Below are positions 40,289 through 53,338 of a DNA stretch of 64,000 nucleotides, piece after piece; the first letter of the stretch is position 1; each line of letters starts with the position of its first letter. The notes beneath the pieces were generated by a model that saw only the letters and a list, made by a program, of their open reading frames with translations, was not told where the DNA came from and searched no databases. The translations under genes were made by a program, and so were the position numbers. The stretch is from Chiloscyllium plagiosum (Eukaryota): NCBI RefSeq assembly GCF_004010195.1, contig NC_057728.1, forward strand, positions 40,256,918 through 40,320,917, in the 5' to 3' direction.

Positions 40289-42744
40289 TTGACTACAGCC
40301 TTGATGCATCTATGAGTTGATGATTGAGAGATCCCCTACAGATCCCCAGTGGATCCTTGGAAGCAGCCAGTCATGCAAAAATTTAGTGCAGCAGTCACGT
40401 TGGGATAGTCATGTTGGGATGGTCACTCACCCCTTCAGGTTCATAGGTCCTGCTCCCGCAATTGGCATGGTTTGTTGACAATGTGGAGGGGCATCCTTAG
40501 TTTGTGGTAGCAATGTGTCTGGAGGCAATGCTATTGATGTTGTTAGACTCCAGGCCTCCTGTATTTCTGTTAGATCCTGGGGGCATTTTCAGTTGCGATT
40601 ACTTCATGTGGGGACTGTTTGATAGCTGCTGGAGATTACTCATGGCCTGGGCTTGCTGGCTTCCTCCTTCATCTCTCTGCAACTCTATAGCACCGCAAAT
40701 GATGATAATGCCAGCTGTGATTAGATCCAATGGTACTGTGTGTGGAATATCAGAAATAGGACAGGAAATGTGAGTAGTCAGCATTTACATCGCACATAAA
40801 TGACAGTGAACAATACTTCTCTATATGGGAAGGGACCTTATTCCAATATGTGCAGCAGAAGCCAACCTGTGTAATACAGTAGGGGTTGTAGTCGCACTGA
40901 GATTACTGAAACCTTATCTATCTCCACTCCCCATGTCACTACAAGCATCCTCAGAGGATGCATCAATCAGCTCAGGACCAGCATCAACCTCCAACAGATG
41001 TGGAACAACCTCCTAATGCAACATTTCCAGTACAATGTGCCCTCATGTTGCAGTGGAAGTACAGGAGATCCACAATCATTCTTTATGAATGGGAAGTCCT
41101 CCTGATGAGAGAGGAGTAGTGGTGCAGCTGAATGAGGATTTTCCAGGAAATTGTGACATCACTTATTATCTGGTATAGAATTTCAGGTGCAGGATGCTTT
41201 AGTCTGTACTGTGGTAGCAATCACAATACTATCCTGTGAGACCCAGCAAATATACAAGACATCCCTTTCTTCCACTGAGGTCAATGAGGGCCATACAATA
41301 TCTTCTTGATGCCAGGTTCCCGTGCTTGCTCTGATCTGGGGTTTTATTGTCGTCAAACATAGATGCAAGGTGATTTTTAATCCTTGCATGCTTTGCCCTG
41401 GACAACTGAAGGCTGCAATGAGTGTATGTGATGGACAGTGTGTATCTGTGAGAACTGCAACATTGTACCAAGCAAGAAAAAGACAAAGTTCATCAGCAGG
41501 AATGGCATCTTCACCATCCTACAGCATCATTGCCCACAGTGACCCCTACAGGACTTCTCTGGCGACCTCTTTCAATGAAACTGAAAACAATAAATGCTGG
41601 AGATCACAGTGGGTTTTGGGGGAAGACAACACTCACTGACTGTAAATGCATTTATGCTGCAAAGGCTGGCATTTCCTGTCTCATCCCAAATGTAGCTTAC
41701 TGGTTTGATCTTACATACCTTTGGCTCTTGTTTAATAAAAGTTAATATTACAAACTGATGAAGGCCTCAGCAAGGACTGGTGCTCCCTAATTCAATCATG
41801 ATGAGGTTTTATGCTAGTATGGGCACTATTCTTTTAGCTATTCTTCACAAGCAGGGTTATTATATGGTGTCATGCTTGTCCTATAGAAAAAAACCTAACA
41901 ATGCTCTTCATTATTTATGTTAGAATTGGACAGCTAATTGCAGCCACTGCAAATGTGCAATTAAACATGGAATTCCAAACATTTTGTATCCAAGATGCTG
42001 ACTTGCTGATATTGCTCATATTAATGACACTAAATAGACACAAAAATTTAGGGTATGTTCATTCGAGTGAAAGTGCCCTTAATTACTGCTAAGAAAGCAC
42101 TCTGACACTGAAAATTAGCTTTCACAGTCTCACTTCTCAAAACTTTAATTATCATCGGAGACTTAATAGATAAAATAATAGATACATATAAAATATGTTG
42201 TCTTATTTTTCTGACTCTACTTGGCTCAATAATGATTCCTTGACCTGATTATTTAAGATGCACAATTGTTTTCACTAGTCACATGGATAATGTTGCTCTG
42301 TAAAGGGCACTGCACATTTTGATTGATTGGCTGCCTGGCAATTACAATGCAGAACATAGGAGCAGGAATTGGCTATTCTGTCCTTGAATCTGTTCCACTA
42401 TTTAATGAGATCATGACCAATCTGTGATACACCTGCCTTTGGCCCATGAGCCTTAAACCCTTCACTTAATGGAAATTTATCTGTAACAGATTTAAAAATA
42501 ACAACTGATTGAACCTCAACTGTCAAAGTTTGTAGTTTACATCTTTGGGAAAGCATAAGCTCAGATCAAAATCCAGCCTATTAAAGAATTTTTAATATGC
42601 TCTTTTTCTGGAATGAGAAACAAGTTGCTGTTTAAGTATTTGTCATGTGGTGTTCTTTAATCAGCTGTCTATCTCCATTCTCTGTACAATTCATATTTGG
42701 AGCTGCCCTTGTGACATCCCTTTCCAAAAGTGGTTTGGCAGAGA

Positions 42745-44152
42745 GAGACAAAAAAATGCAGGTTACTATAGGCCCATTAGCCTAACATCTACAAGTGGAA
42801 AAGTATTGGAATCAGGAAGTAATAACGCAGCATTTACAAAAGAAAAATCTAATCAAGCAGGGCCAGCATAGCTTCATGAAAGGGAACTCTAATAATTTAT
42901 TAGTTTTTTGAGGAATTCTCAACCAGAGTAAATGGAGAAGAATGAGTCAATATGTTCCATTTGGACTTCCAGGAAGTACAAGGCAAGGGACCTCTTAAAA
43001 GGTTATGTCATAAGAGCCCATGATGATCAAGGTAGTACATTGGCATTGATGGAGAATTGGCTAATGGACAGGAAACAGTGGGTATGGATAAAGGGTCTTC
43101 TTTAGAATGATGACTCATGACCACTGGAATTCCATAGGGATCAGTGCTGGATCCTCAACTGTTTATAATATATATTAATGGCTTGGAGAAAAGAAGTAAA
43201 TGTACTGTAGCCAAATTTGCAGAGGACATAAAAAATAAATGAAAGGCAGGATGCAACAATTGTTGGCAGCTTAAGTGGGCAATAAGTTGGCAAATAGAGA
43301 ATAACATGGGAAAATGTGAAAGCATTTATTTATTCATTTGTGGGACATGGGCATCGCTGGCTAGCCAGCATTTATTGCCTGCCTCTAATTGCCCTTGAGA
43401 AGGTAGTGTTGAGCTGTCTTCTTGAACCGCTGCAGTGCACCTAGAAGGGAGGACAGAAGAACAGAATATAATTTAAGTGCAGAAAAATTGCAGAAAACTG
43501 CAACCAAAAGGATTTGGAAGTACTTTTGCATGGATCACAGAAAGCTTGCTCACAAATGCAGCAGGCTAATGGAATGTTGGTCTTTATTTTAACGGCGTTG
43601 GAGTATCAGACTAGGGAAGTCTTACTACAACTGTAAAAGGGTGAGACCACATCTGGGGTACTGTGATCATCTTATTAAAGACAAGATATCATTTTATTGA
43701 AGGCAGCTCAGAGAAGGTTCACTAGGATGGAGGGGTTGTCTTTTGAGGAAAGGCTAAATAAATCGGGATTCTCCTCACTGGAGTTTGGAAGAATGAGAAA
43801 TGGTATCATTGAAACATATAGATTCTTAAGCAGCATGAAAGGTAAATGCTGAGAGAATGTTTACACTCATGAGAAAGTCTAGGACCAGAGTGGATAGTCT
43901 CAGAATAAAGGAGCATCATTTTAAGACTGAGATGAGGAGGAATTTCTTTGGAGAGTCTTTGGAAATCCTGGCCTCGGAGAACAGTGAGGGACAGAGTCCT
44001 TATGTATATTTAAGGCTGAGATAGGTCGAATTCAAGTGTTATGGAGAAAATGCATGAAGAATGTCAGATCAACCATGGTCCTATTGAAAGGCAGAGCAGG
44101 CTCGAGGGACCAAATGACCTACGTCTGTTCTTATTTTTTATGGTCTTATGGT
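42745..44152 (+). mobile_element. Old CR1 RT and 3' end (duplication copy 1)
   Basis: YRPISLTS, aaatttgcagaggac, tail ttatggtcttatggtc. Confidence 0.8.
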
Positions 44153-44954
44153 CATTCTATGTACGTTCGCTGACAAATCAGACAAAATTAAAATGGAATA
44201 AGGAATAGAACAATCTATGTCCAACCTCAGGATAAAATTATACTCATTTGTAATGTTTTGCAGAACCTATATAAACCAAATCTGAACTGTGTGAAGCTTT
44301 GAAGTACACATTGCATATACCTACCTAAAAATGAAAGATTAAAACTATTTTTGGATCATTCTAAAAATTGCAGCTGGGTCATAAAATTCTTGTAACCATA
44401 AACACATAGCTCATCTTGAAAAGGAAATGCTTACTCTGCAATAGGGATTCCACTTTTGCAATATGAGGGCAACAGTTTTCAATGCGTCTTGGGTGTAACT
44501 TATATTTGAAAAGAATATGATTCTCACAGCCATTTGTGTTATTACTGACATCATGGAAATATGCAATATGTAAACCTCATTAAAAAAAGACATTCTAACT
44601 GCTGTATGTATCTGAGCTTTAGTTTCAAACTGATCCATTGTAGTAGCCGTGTAAGATACAATTTTATCCCAAATACTGAAATCAAATGTTACTGTAATTC
44701 ACTGTATACATAATAATGTAGACATTGCACCTATGTACATAATGAGTCTATATTTGTATTAATGCATGAAATGAGCGTACTTCCATTTGAGTCTGACTTA
44801 CTCAGGACATGATTTTATCTCTTCACTGATACCACATTTCATTTGGGTCAATCAGAGGTGAAGAAACTAAAGACAACTTGAGCTACAGAGGACAGGCTAC
44901 AGTCACTTTAATGTTTGAATAAAACACGATAACGTATATAGCTCAAGTTATTTC

Positions 44955-47900
44955 TTTCTTGCAAAGAAAGGGGAAACAGGTTCTGCTGAGGAAATATGAG
45001 CAGCCAGAGGCTAAACTAAAAAGCAATACCAAAAAGGTAGTAATCTCTGGATTACTACTTGAGCCACGAGCTAATTGTCACGGGAACAAAAAGATTAAAG
45101 ATGTAAACGCTTGTACTGGCTCAAAGTCTGGTATGGGAGAAACAAATGTGATTTCTCAGGACATCAGCATTAGTTCTGGGGAAGGAAGGAACTGTTCCGA
45201 TGGGACAGGCTCTACCTGAAGCATGCTGGGGCCAGAGGTCTGGCAAATGGCATAACTAGAACTGTAGTTAGGACTTTAAACTAAATTAAGTGATGGGGGG
45301 TGTTCAGTTGCATGGAAAATTACAAAATCAAAAGTTAGGGCAAAGGTAGGATTATAATAAACCAAAAAAACTACAGGTGCTGGCCATCTCAATCAAAAAC
45401 AGAAATTGCCAGAGAAACTCAGCAAGTCTGGCAGAAGCTATGGTATGGGAAGGAAGCAGTGTTAATGTTTCAAATTAACTGGTGACTCTTTATTAGAACT
45501 GTGAGTAGCCAGGTAAATGTGGTATTTATGCTGGGGGTGAGGGGCTGTGTGGGATAGGTGAGGAGCCAGTAGATAGGTGGAGATGGAGTCGGAGAGGAAC
45601 AGAGAGAAATGAAACAGGTCGCAAGCATGGAATTTATGGATAGCAGACCAGGACAGAAAAAAAGCTGACTAAGTGAGAATGAAGAGTTCAGAGTGAGAAA
45701 GTGGGTTAACTGTACTGAATGCAACTCATATGATGTGATAATAGGCCTAGGATTAGGTGAGTATGGATGACTGTGCTGAAAGCAATCTGTGTCACAACAG
45801 AGCCGGCTGTGGGTTCGGTAAAAACAAGCATGGAAGGATGGAACCACGCTCTAAAGGTATTGAACTCAATGTTGAGTCCTAGAGACTGCAGTGTCCCTAA
45901 AGGAAGACGAGATGATGTCCTTCAAGCTTGTGCTGAGGCTTGCTGGAACACTGCAGCAGGGCTCCAACAGAAATGTTGCTGTGGGAACATGGTGGTGTAA
46001 CAGGCAATTGGTAACTCAGGGTCATTTTTGCAGACAGAATGAAGGTGTTGTGCAAAGCAATCAACCAGCAATCTCCTCAATGCAGAGGAGACCACAGTGT
46101 GAACAGCAAATACAGTAAGCTAGATTTAATGAAGCGCAGGTAAATTGTTGCTTCACCTGGAAGGTATATCTGGGGCCTTGAATGGTGAAGAGGGAGGAAG
46201 TAAATAGTCAGGTCTTATCTTTTCTGCCATAGGGGTGTGAGGAGGTGTGGGGAATATAGGAGTTTACCAGAGTGTCCTGGAGGGAACAGTCTCTGCAGAA
46301 TGCTGACAAGGGAGGGGAGGGGAGTACGTGTCTGGTGGTGGCATCTCATTTGAGTTGATGTGAATGGCGGTTTACAATCCTTTCGATGCAGATGCCAATG
46401 GAGTGGTAAGTGAAGACCTCCTATCACTTTTGTGGGAGGGGTGAGAGAATAAGTGTGGGAGAAGAGTAAAACATGGCTAAGTGCCCTGTTGACCACAGGG
46501 AATCCTCAGTTGAGGAGATAGGTGGCCGACCGCCCATCCACTATCACCCTCCTCCACCTCGCCGAGTTTGTCTAATTGCTACCAGAAAATAAAAAGAAGG
46601 GATTGAATGCATAAACTCATCTTGTAACAAGGAACCAAAGAAATGTTGGAAACCAGATAATAAAACAAACTTAAAAGCTCTGTATCTTAATGAATGAAAC
46701 ATTTGAAATAAGGTAGATGAACTTACAGTGCAAGTCAAGGTAAACAGACATGATCTCATAGCTGTTATTGAAACAAGGAGATCAAAACTGTGGAACTTAA
46801 CATTCAGGGATATTTGATCTTTCAGAGAGCTAGAAGAGATAGAAAAGGTAGTGGGGAGCACCGTTAACAAGAAATGAAATGAGGATATTTGTGAGAGATG
46901 ATCCGGGCTCAGATGATATACAGTCCATTTGGGAGGAGGTAAAAAGCAATAAGGGAAGAGGGATATAGGGTAGGAGTAGTGTACAGACTGGAAACAGCAG
47001 CCTTTCTTTGAAAGGCTATAAATCAACAAATAATAGGAACACGTTAAAAGAACAGAGCAATAGTTATAAATTACTTAAATCTTCATGTTGATTGGGTTAA
47101 CCAAATTGGAAAACGTAGCTATGACAACAAATTCATAGTGCATTAGTTATTTAGAGCAATCCTAGGAAGTAGTGATCATAATATGATAGAATTTAAATTC
47201 CAGTTAGAGACTGAGAAACTTGGTCAGAAACAATTGTGATTAACTTAAATAAAGAGCATCACAATGAAATGAGGACAGAGTTAGCTTAAGTAAACTGGGC
47301 AGATAGATTAGCAGTAAACAATTAGTGGCAGTTATCGAAGGATGTAATTCCTGACTCTCAGCAAAAATACATCCCAGTAAGGAGGAAAGATTCTAAGAGA
47401 GGGATTAATCCACCATGGCTAACCAAGCAAGTTAAAGAAAGTATTAAGGTGAAAGAAAAAGCATACAAGGGGCTAAAGTAAGTATTAGCCCTGAAGACTG
47501 GAAAAAATGCAGCAAAGGAAGACTAGAAAGGTAATAAATTATAAGGGCAAACTAGTGAGGAGTATAAAAACTGACAATAAGAGCTTCTTTAAATATATAA
47601 AAATATGGAGAGAGGTCAAAGTGAAAATGGGCACCTGAGATATTGAATCTAGGGAGATGGTTTTGGGGAACAAGGAAATGGCAGAGGAGTTAAACAGATA
47701 TTTTGCACTAATGTTTACTGTGGAAGATACTTTGAACATCCCATTAATAATAAAGAACAAAGGGGAGGAATTAAGTACCATCACTAAAGAAGTAGTATTA
47801 GGCATCCTAATGTTGCTAAAAGCAGATGAGTCCCCTGATGGCTTGCATGCTGGATCCTAAAAAAGGTAGTTACACAGAATGGATATATTTAGATTTTGGA

Positions 47901-49232
47901 GAATTATCAAAGAAATGGAGAACTGTTAAATTGACATCTCTATCCAAAAAGGGAGAAAGGCAAAAAATGGGTAACAAAGGCCAATTAGCCAAACATTTAT
48001 TGTTGGAACAGTATTAGAATCAATTATTAAGAATGTAACAACAGAAAAATTTGGAAAATTATATCTAATCACGCAGATTCACCATGGCAACAAAAAAGTG
48101 TAATCATGTCTACGTTTTTTGGGGAAGTCTTAACCAGAATGGATGTGGGGAACCAGTAAACATGTTGTATTTGGACTTCCAGAAGATGTTTGAAAGGGTA
48201 GCTCACAAAAGGTAAGTCATAAGATGAGAGTCCATGGTGTTAGAGTAGCACGTTGACTTGTACAGAGAATTGGCTAATAGGCAAGAAATAGCAAGTGGAG
48301 ACAATGGGTCTTTTTGAAGTTGGCGACTTGCGACGAGTGGGGTTCCACAGGGATCGGTGCTGGGACCATCACTGTGTATAATATATAAATGACTTGGAGG
48401 AAGGAAGTGAATATACTATAGACAAATTTGCAGACAATACAAAAATAGGTGGAAAGACAAATCGAGTGTAATGTGGGAAGGGAGAACAAAAGAATAGAAT
48501 ATTATTTAAGTGGAGACAAACTACAAAAAGCTATAACACAAGAGACTTAGGAGTACTTTTGCATGAAACATAGAAAGCTAGCAAATATGGACAGAAGGTA
48601 ATCAAGAAGGCTAATGGAATGTTGGCCTTTATGTCAAGGGTGTTGGAGAATAAGAGTAGGGACATCTGACGGCATTGTACAAGGAGCTGGTGAGACAATT
48701 TCTGGAGAGCTGTGAACAATTTTGGTCCACTTATTAAAAGAAAGATATCATTTCATTGGAGGCAGTTCAGGAAAGGTTCACTTGGATAACCCCTGTTACG
48801 AAGGGATTGTTTTTGAGGAGAGGTTAAACAAATAGAGATTCTACTCAGTGCAGTGTAAAAAAATGAGAGATGATCTCATTAAAACATTTAGGCTTCTTAA
48901 GGATCATGAACAGGTAAATGCTGGGAGGATTTTGCCCTCATGGGAAAGTCTAGGACCAGAGGGGATAGTTTCAGAATAAAATTTTAATACGGAGATGAGG
49001 AGGAATTTTTTTTTCACAGAGGTTTGAGAGTCTCCTTGCCATAAAGAGCAGTGAGGGATACATTCCTTATGTATGTTTAAGGCTGGATTAGATAGATTCT
49101 TGATCAGTAGAGGAATCAAGAGTTAATGGGGAAAACGCAGTAATGTAAACATAAGAAGGTTGGATCAACCAGAACTGGCTTGTAGGACTAAATGGCCTAT
49201 GCCTGTTCTTAATTTTATGGTTTTATGGTCAC
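44955..49232 (+). mobile_element. Old near-full-length CR1 (SGNH ORF1 end + ORF2), interrupted by a Penelope-like element
   Basis: KKVVISGLLLEPRA; EMAEELNRYFALMFTVED; ggggttccacagggatcggtgctgggacc (GVPQGSVLG); tail ttatggttttatggtc. Confidence 0.8.
45352..46540 (-). mobile_element. Old Penelope-like element fragment
   Basis: Aligns by eye to 50722-51790 and 53354-53650; degenerate hammerhead at ~45461-45500. Confidence 0.72.
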
Positions 49233-50064
49233 TATATGTACATTCTCACATAAATCAGGCAAATCTATGTCCAACCTCATGATAAAATTATATTAATCCA
49301 TTATAGTTTGCTAATATGCTGAATTTATATAAACCAAATCTATACTGTGTGAAGCTTTGAAGTACACATTGCATATACCTGCCTAAAAAATGAAAGGTTA
49401 AAACTATTTTTGGTTCATTCTAAAAATTGCAGGTGGGTCACTAAATTCTTGTAACCATAAACACATAGCACATCTTGAAAAGTAAATGGGGGTGTCACTT
49501 TTGCAATATGAGGGCAATATTTTTCAATGCATCTTGAGTGTAAATTATATTTGAAAAGAATATGATTCTCATAGCTGTTTACATGATTATTGACATCATG
49601 GAAATATGGAAGATGAAAACCTCTTTAGAAAAAAAGACATTCTGACTGCTGTATGTATCTGAGCTTTATTTTGAAATAGACCCATTATAGGATGGGCCCT
49701 GTCTAAGACACAGTTTTATCCCAAATGCAGTAATATAAATGCTACTGTAATTTACTGCTACCTGTACATAAAAAGCAGCTTATTCCAAATAAACAAAAAA
49801 AAACTAATAACATAGTCACTGCATCTATGTACATAATGAATCTATACTGTACCAAAACAAATAAAATGAAATGAGTATGATTCCATTTGGGTCTGACTTA
49901 CTCAGAACATTATTTTGATCTCCTTTATGATATCAGGTTTTATTTGTGTCAATAAGAGGTGAAGAAACTAGACAACTTGAGCTACAGAGGACAGGCTATC
50001 CATCAAATTCACTTTAATGCTCAAATCAAGCATGATAACATATACAGCTCAAGTTATAGCAACA

Positions 50065-50340
50065 TTGGGGAGCAGATGGCCGAGGGGAATTATTGCTGAA
50101 CTGCTAATTATTGCTGGCTTGTTATCAGACACCCAGGCAATGTCTGGGGACCTGAGTTTGAATCTCACTACGGCAGATGGGGAATTACCAATCCTTTTAG
50201 GAAATGAAACCGCTATCCATATCTGGTCTGGCCTACATGTGACTCCAGACCCATCTGGTTAACTGTTAACTGCCCTGTGGGTAATTAGGGACAGGCAATA
50301 AATGCTGCCCTCTCCAGCAACGTCCTCATCCTGTGAATTA
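50065..50340 (+). mobile_element. MetaSINE/SlmI-like SINE present only in duplication copy 2
   Basis: tctggtctggcctacatgtgactccagaccc...gtaattagggacaggcaataaatgctg. Confidence 0.75.
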
Positions 50341-51254
50341 GGTTTTAAAATGTTATTTTGGTCTTGCATAAACGAGGAAAAAGATTCTCAAGGAATATGC
50401 ACAATTGGGGCAAAATTAGAAAGCAGAACCAAAGATAATAATCTATGAATTACTACTTGAGCCACAAGCTCACTGGTCCAGGGTCAACAAGGTTAAAGAA
50501 ATAAACGCGTGGTTCAAAGATTGGTGTGGGAGAAACAGATTCATTGGATACTGGCTTCAGTCCTGGGGAAAGAGGGAGCTGTTCCAATGAGAAAGGCTCC
50601 ACCTGAATCATACCTGGCAAAATCCATAATTAGTAGAAAGGGCTTTAAACTAAAAATCGGGGAGTGGGGCATAGTTTCATGGGAAGTTACAATATTGAAA
50701 TTACAATCAAAAAGGCAGGATTAAAACAAAATAAAGAACTGCGAATGCTAGAGATCCTAACCACAAACAGAAATTGTTGGAGGAAGTCAGAACGTCTGGT
50801 AGCATCTGTGGGAAGAAAACAGAATTAACATAATATGGCTTTGGAAACAATGGTACTTGCCCTGAAGCTGAAATGGACGGGAGGTAATGAAGTGGTGACT
50901 GGACAGGTGGAGAAGATGCCCAGAAAAAGAAAGATTATCAAAGGGACAGATAAACAAGGAGGTATTGGATGGCAGGCCAGGAAAACAGGGATAACTGGTG
51001 ACTGTGCTAAAAGCAACCCATGTCATTACAGGACTGGAGGCTGGGTAGGTAAAAAACATGGAAGGATGGAATGAGACGCTAAGTTATTGGAATCCATAAC
51101 AAAATCATAAATTGATGGACAAACTGGTAGCATTTCTGAAGGGAAAGTAAAGATAATGTTTCGGGCTCAGTGACCCTTCTTCAGAACCTTTTCTTCAAGC
51201 TTGCACTGAGGCTTGCTAAAACACTGCAGCAGGCCTCTTACAGAAACACTGCTG

Positions 51255-51577
51255 GCTCACATGGTGGCTCAGTGATTAGCACTGCTGCCTCACAGTGCCA
51301 GGCTCAATTCCAGCCTCAGGCAACTGTCTAAGTAGAGTTTGCACATTCTCCCCCTGCCTGCGTGGGTTTCCTCACAAAGATGTTCAGGTTAGGTTAATTG
51401 GTCATGCTAAATTGCCCATAGTGTTCAGGGATGTGTAGATTAGGTGCATTAGTCAGGGGTAAATGTAGTGTAATAGGGTAGGGGAATAGGTTTGGATGGG
51501 ATACTCTTTGAAGCATTGTTGTAAACTTGTTGGCCCACCAAAGAGCCTGTTTGCACACTGTAGCAATTCTATGATTC
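51255..51577 (+). mobile_element. HE1-like SINE
   Basis: ggtggctcagtgattagcactgctgcctcacagtgccagg head; tail cacactgtagcaattctatgattc. Confidence 0.88.
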
Positions 51578-51835
51578 ATGGTGGTGTGTGGAACTGGCAG
51601 GCAACTGGTAACTCAGGGTCATTTTTGTGGACAGAATGTAGATGTTCTGCAAAGCAGTCACCCAGCCTGTGTTTCATCTCCTTAATGCAGAAGAGACCGC
51701 ATTGTGAACAGTGAATAAAGTAAACTAGATTTAATAAAGTACAGGTAAATCACTGCTCCACCTGGAAGCTATATCTAAGGCTTTGGATGGTCTAGATGGA
51801 GGAGGTATATGGGCAGGCCTTACAGCTTTTGCAAT

Positions 51836-52366
51836 TAGAGTCATAGAGTCATTGAGATGTACAGCATGGAAACAGACCCTTTGGTCCAACTCCTCCATGC
51901 TGACCAGATATCCTAAATTAATCAAGTCCCATTTGCCAGCACTTGGCCCATATCTCTCTAAACCCTTCCTATTTATATACCCCATCCAGATGCCTTTTAA
52001 ATGGTGTAACTGTACTGGCCTCCACCACTTCCTCTGGCAGTTCATTCCATACATGCACCACCCTTTGCGTTAAAAAGTTGCCGCTTAGATCCCTTTTCAA
52101 TCTTGCCTCTTTCACTTGTGCCCTCTGGTTCTCAACTCCCATACACCAGGGAAAAATTCTTATTTATTTACCTTATCCATGCCCCTCATGATTTGATAAA
52201 CCTCTATAAGGTCACCACTCAGCCTCCAACACTCCAGGAAACACAGCCCCAACCTATTCAGCCTCTCCATATAGCTCAAACCTTATTACCTTGGCAACAT
52301 CCTTGTAAATCTTTTCTAAATCCTTTCAACTTTAACAACATCATTCCTATAGGATGGAGACCAGTA
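51836..52366 (-). mobile_element. CR1 3' end
   Basis: tagagtcatagagtcat tail; GLERYGPSAGKWD. Confidence 0.88.
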
Positions 52367-52381
52367 TTGTATGGGAAGGTG

Positions 52382-53338
52382 GTAAAAACAAGGACTGCAG
52401 ATGTTGGAAACCAGTCTAGATCAGAGTGGTGCTGGAAAAGCACAGCAGGTCAGGCAGCATCTGAGGAGCAGGAAAATCGATGTTTCAGGCAAAAGCCCTT
52501 CATCAGGAATGGAGGCAGGGTGCCTGCAGAGTGGAGAGATAAATGAGAGGGGGGTTGGGGTGGGGAAACTGGTGAAATCCACATTGATGCCATGAGGTTG
52601 ATGTCTTCTGAGGCAGAAGATGAGGCGTTCTTCCTCCAGGCATCGGGTGGTGAGGGAGCAGCGGTGAAGGAGGCCCAGGACCTGCAAGTCCTTGGCAGAG
52701 TGGGAGGGGGAGTTGAAATGCTGGGCCATAGGGCGGTGGGGTTGATTGGTACGGATGTCCCGGCGATATTCCCTGAAGCGCTCTACGAGGAGGCGTCCAG
52801 TTTCCCCAATGCAGAGGAGACCGCATCGGGAGCAACAGGTACAATAAATAATATTGGTGGATGAGGATGGAAAACTTTGGAAGGCTCCTTTGAGGCCTTG
52901 GATGGAGGTGAGGGAGGAGGAGTGGGCACAGGTTTTGCAATTTCTGCGGTGGCAGGGCAGGGTGCCAGGAAAGGAGGGTGGATTGTTGGGGGGCGTGGAC
53001 CTGACCAGGTTGTTACAGAGGGAACGGTCTTTGCGGAAAGCAGAAATGAGTAAGGAGGGAAATATTTCTCTGGTGGTGGGGTCTGTTTGGACGTGGCGGA
53101 AATGATGTCGGATGGTGTGGTTTATGTGAAGGTTGGTAGGGTGGAAGGTGAGCACCAGGGGGGTTCTTTCCTTGTTATAGTTGGAGGGGTGGGGTTTGAG
53201 GGCAGAGGGGAGGGATGTGGACGAGATCCGTTGGAGGGCATCTTTAACTACGTGTGGACGAGATCCGTTGGAGGGCATCTTTAACTACGTGGGAAGGGAA
53301 ATTGCGGTCTCTAAAGAAGCAGGCCACCTGGTATGTTC
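52382..53338 (-). mobile_element. Younger Penelope-like element, GIY-YIG endonuclease ORF (52421-53278), 15-bp TSD
   Basis: CHRRNCKTC linker, NIIYCTCCSRCGLLCIGETGR..ERFREY..AQHFNS..EERLIF..PHGIN; TSD TTGTATGGGAAGGTG at 52367-52381 and 53339-53353; hammerhead at 52479-52506. Confidence 0.93.
53216..53289. repeat. Perfect 37-bp tandem duplication
   Basis: tgtggacgagatccgttggagggcatctttaactacg x2. Confidence 0.95.

Larger units (their letters stand above)
38430..40620 (-). mobile_element. Fossil PIF/Harbinger DNA transposon, HARBI1-like DDE transposase
   Basis: Collinear relics: VTAALNFCMTGCFQGSTGDL*GISQSSTHRCIKAV; AGFPQIQGTMKCT; YADYPGS; LPGDKS; TPLHKPLTEAER; STWAIVEQMIYLLKLRF*CL; CTLHN. Confidence 0.85.
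42745..51790 (+). repeat. Ancient tandem segmental duplication, period ~5.06 kb
   Basis: 44160-44950 aligns to 49235-50060 (gtgaagcttt at 44291 and 49349); the CR1-tail junction and the ORF1/Penelope junction are shared by both copies. Confidence 0.88.

Noticed and set aside
44160..50060. The 800-bp repeated block as a giant TSD or LTR pair
   Set aside because: Homology extends beyond the block on both sides, which fits tandem duplication; no TG...CA ends or internal gag-pol.
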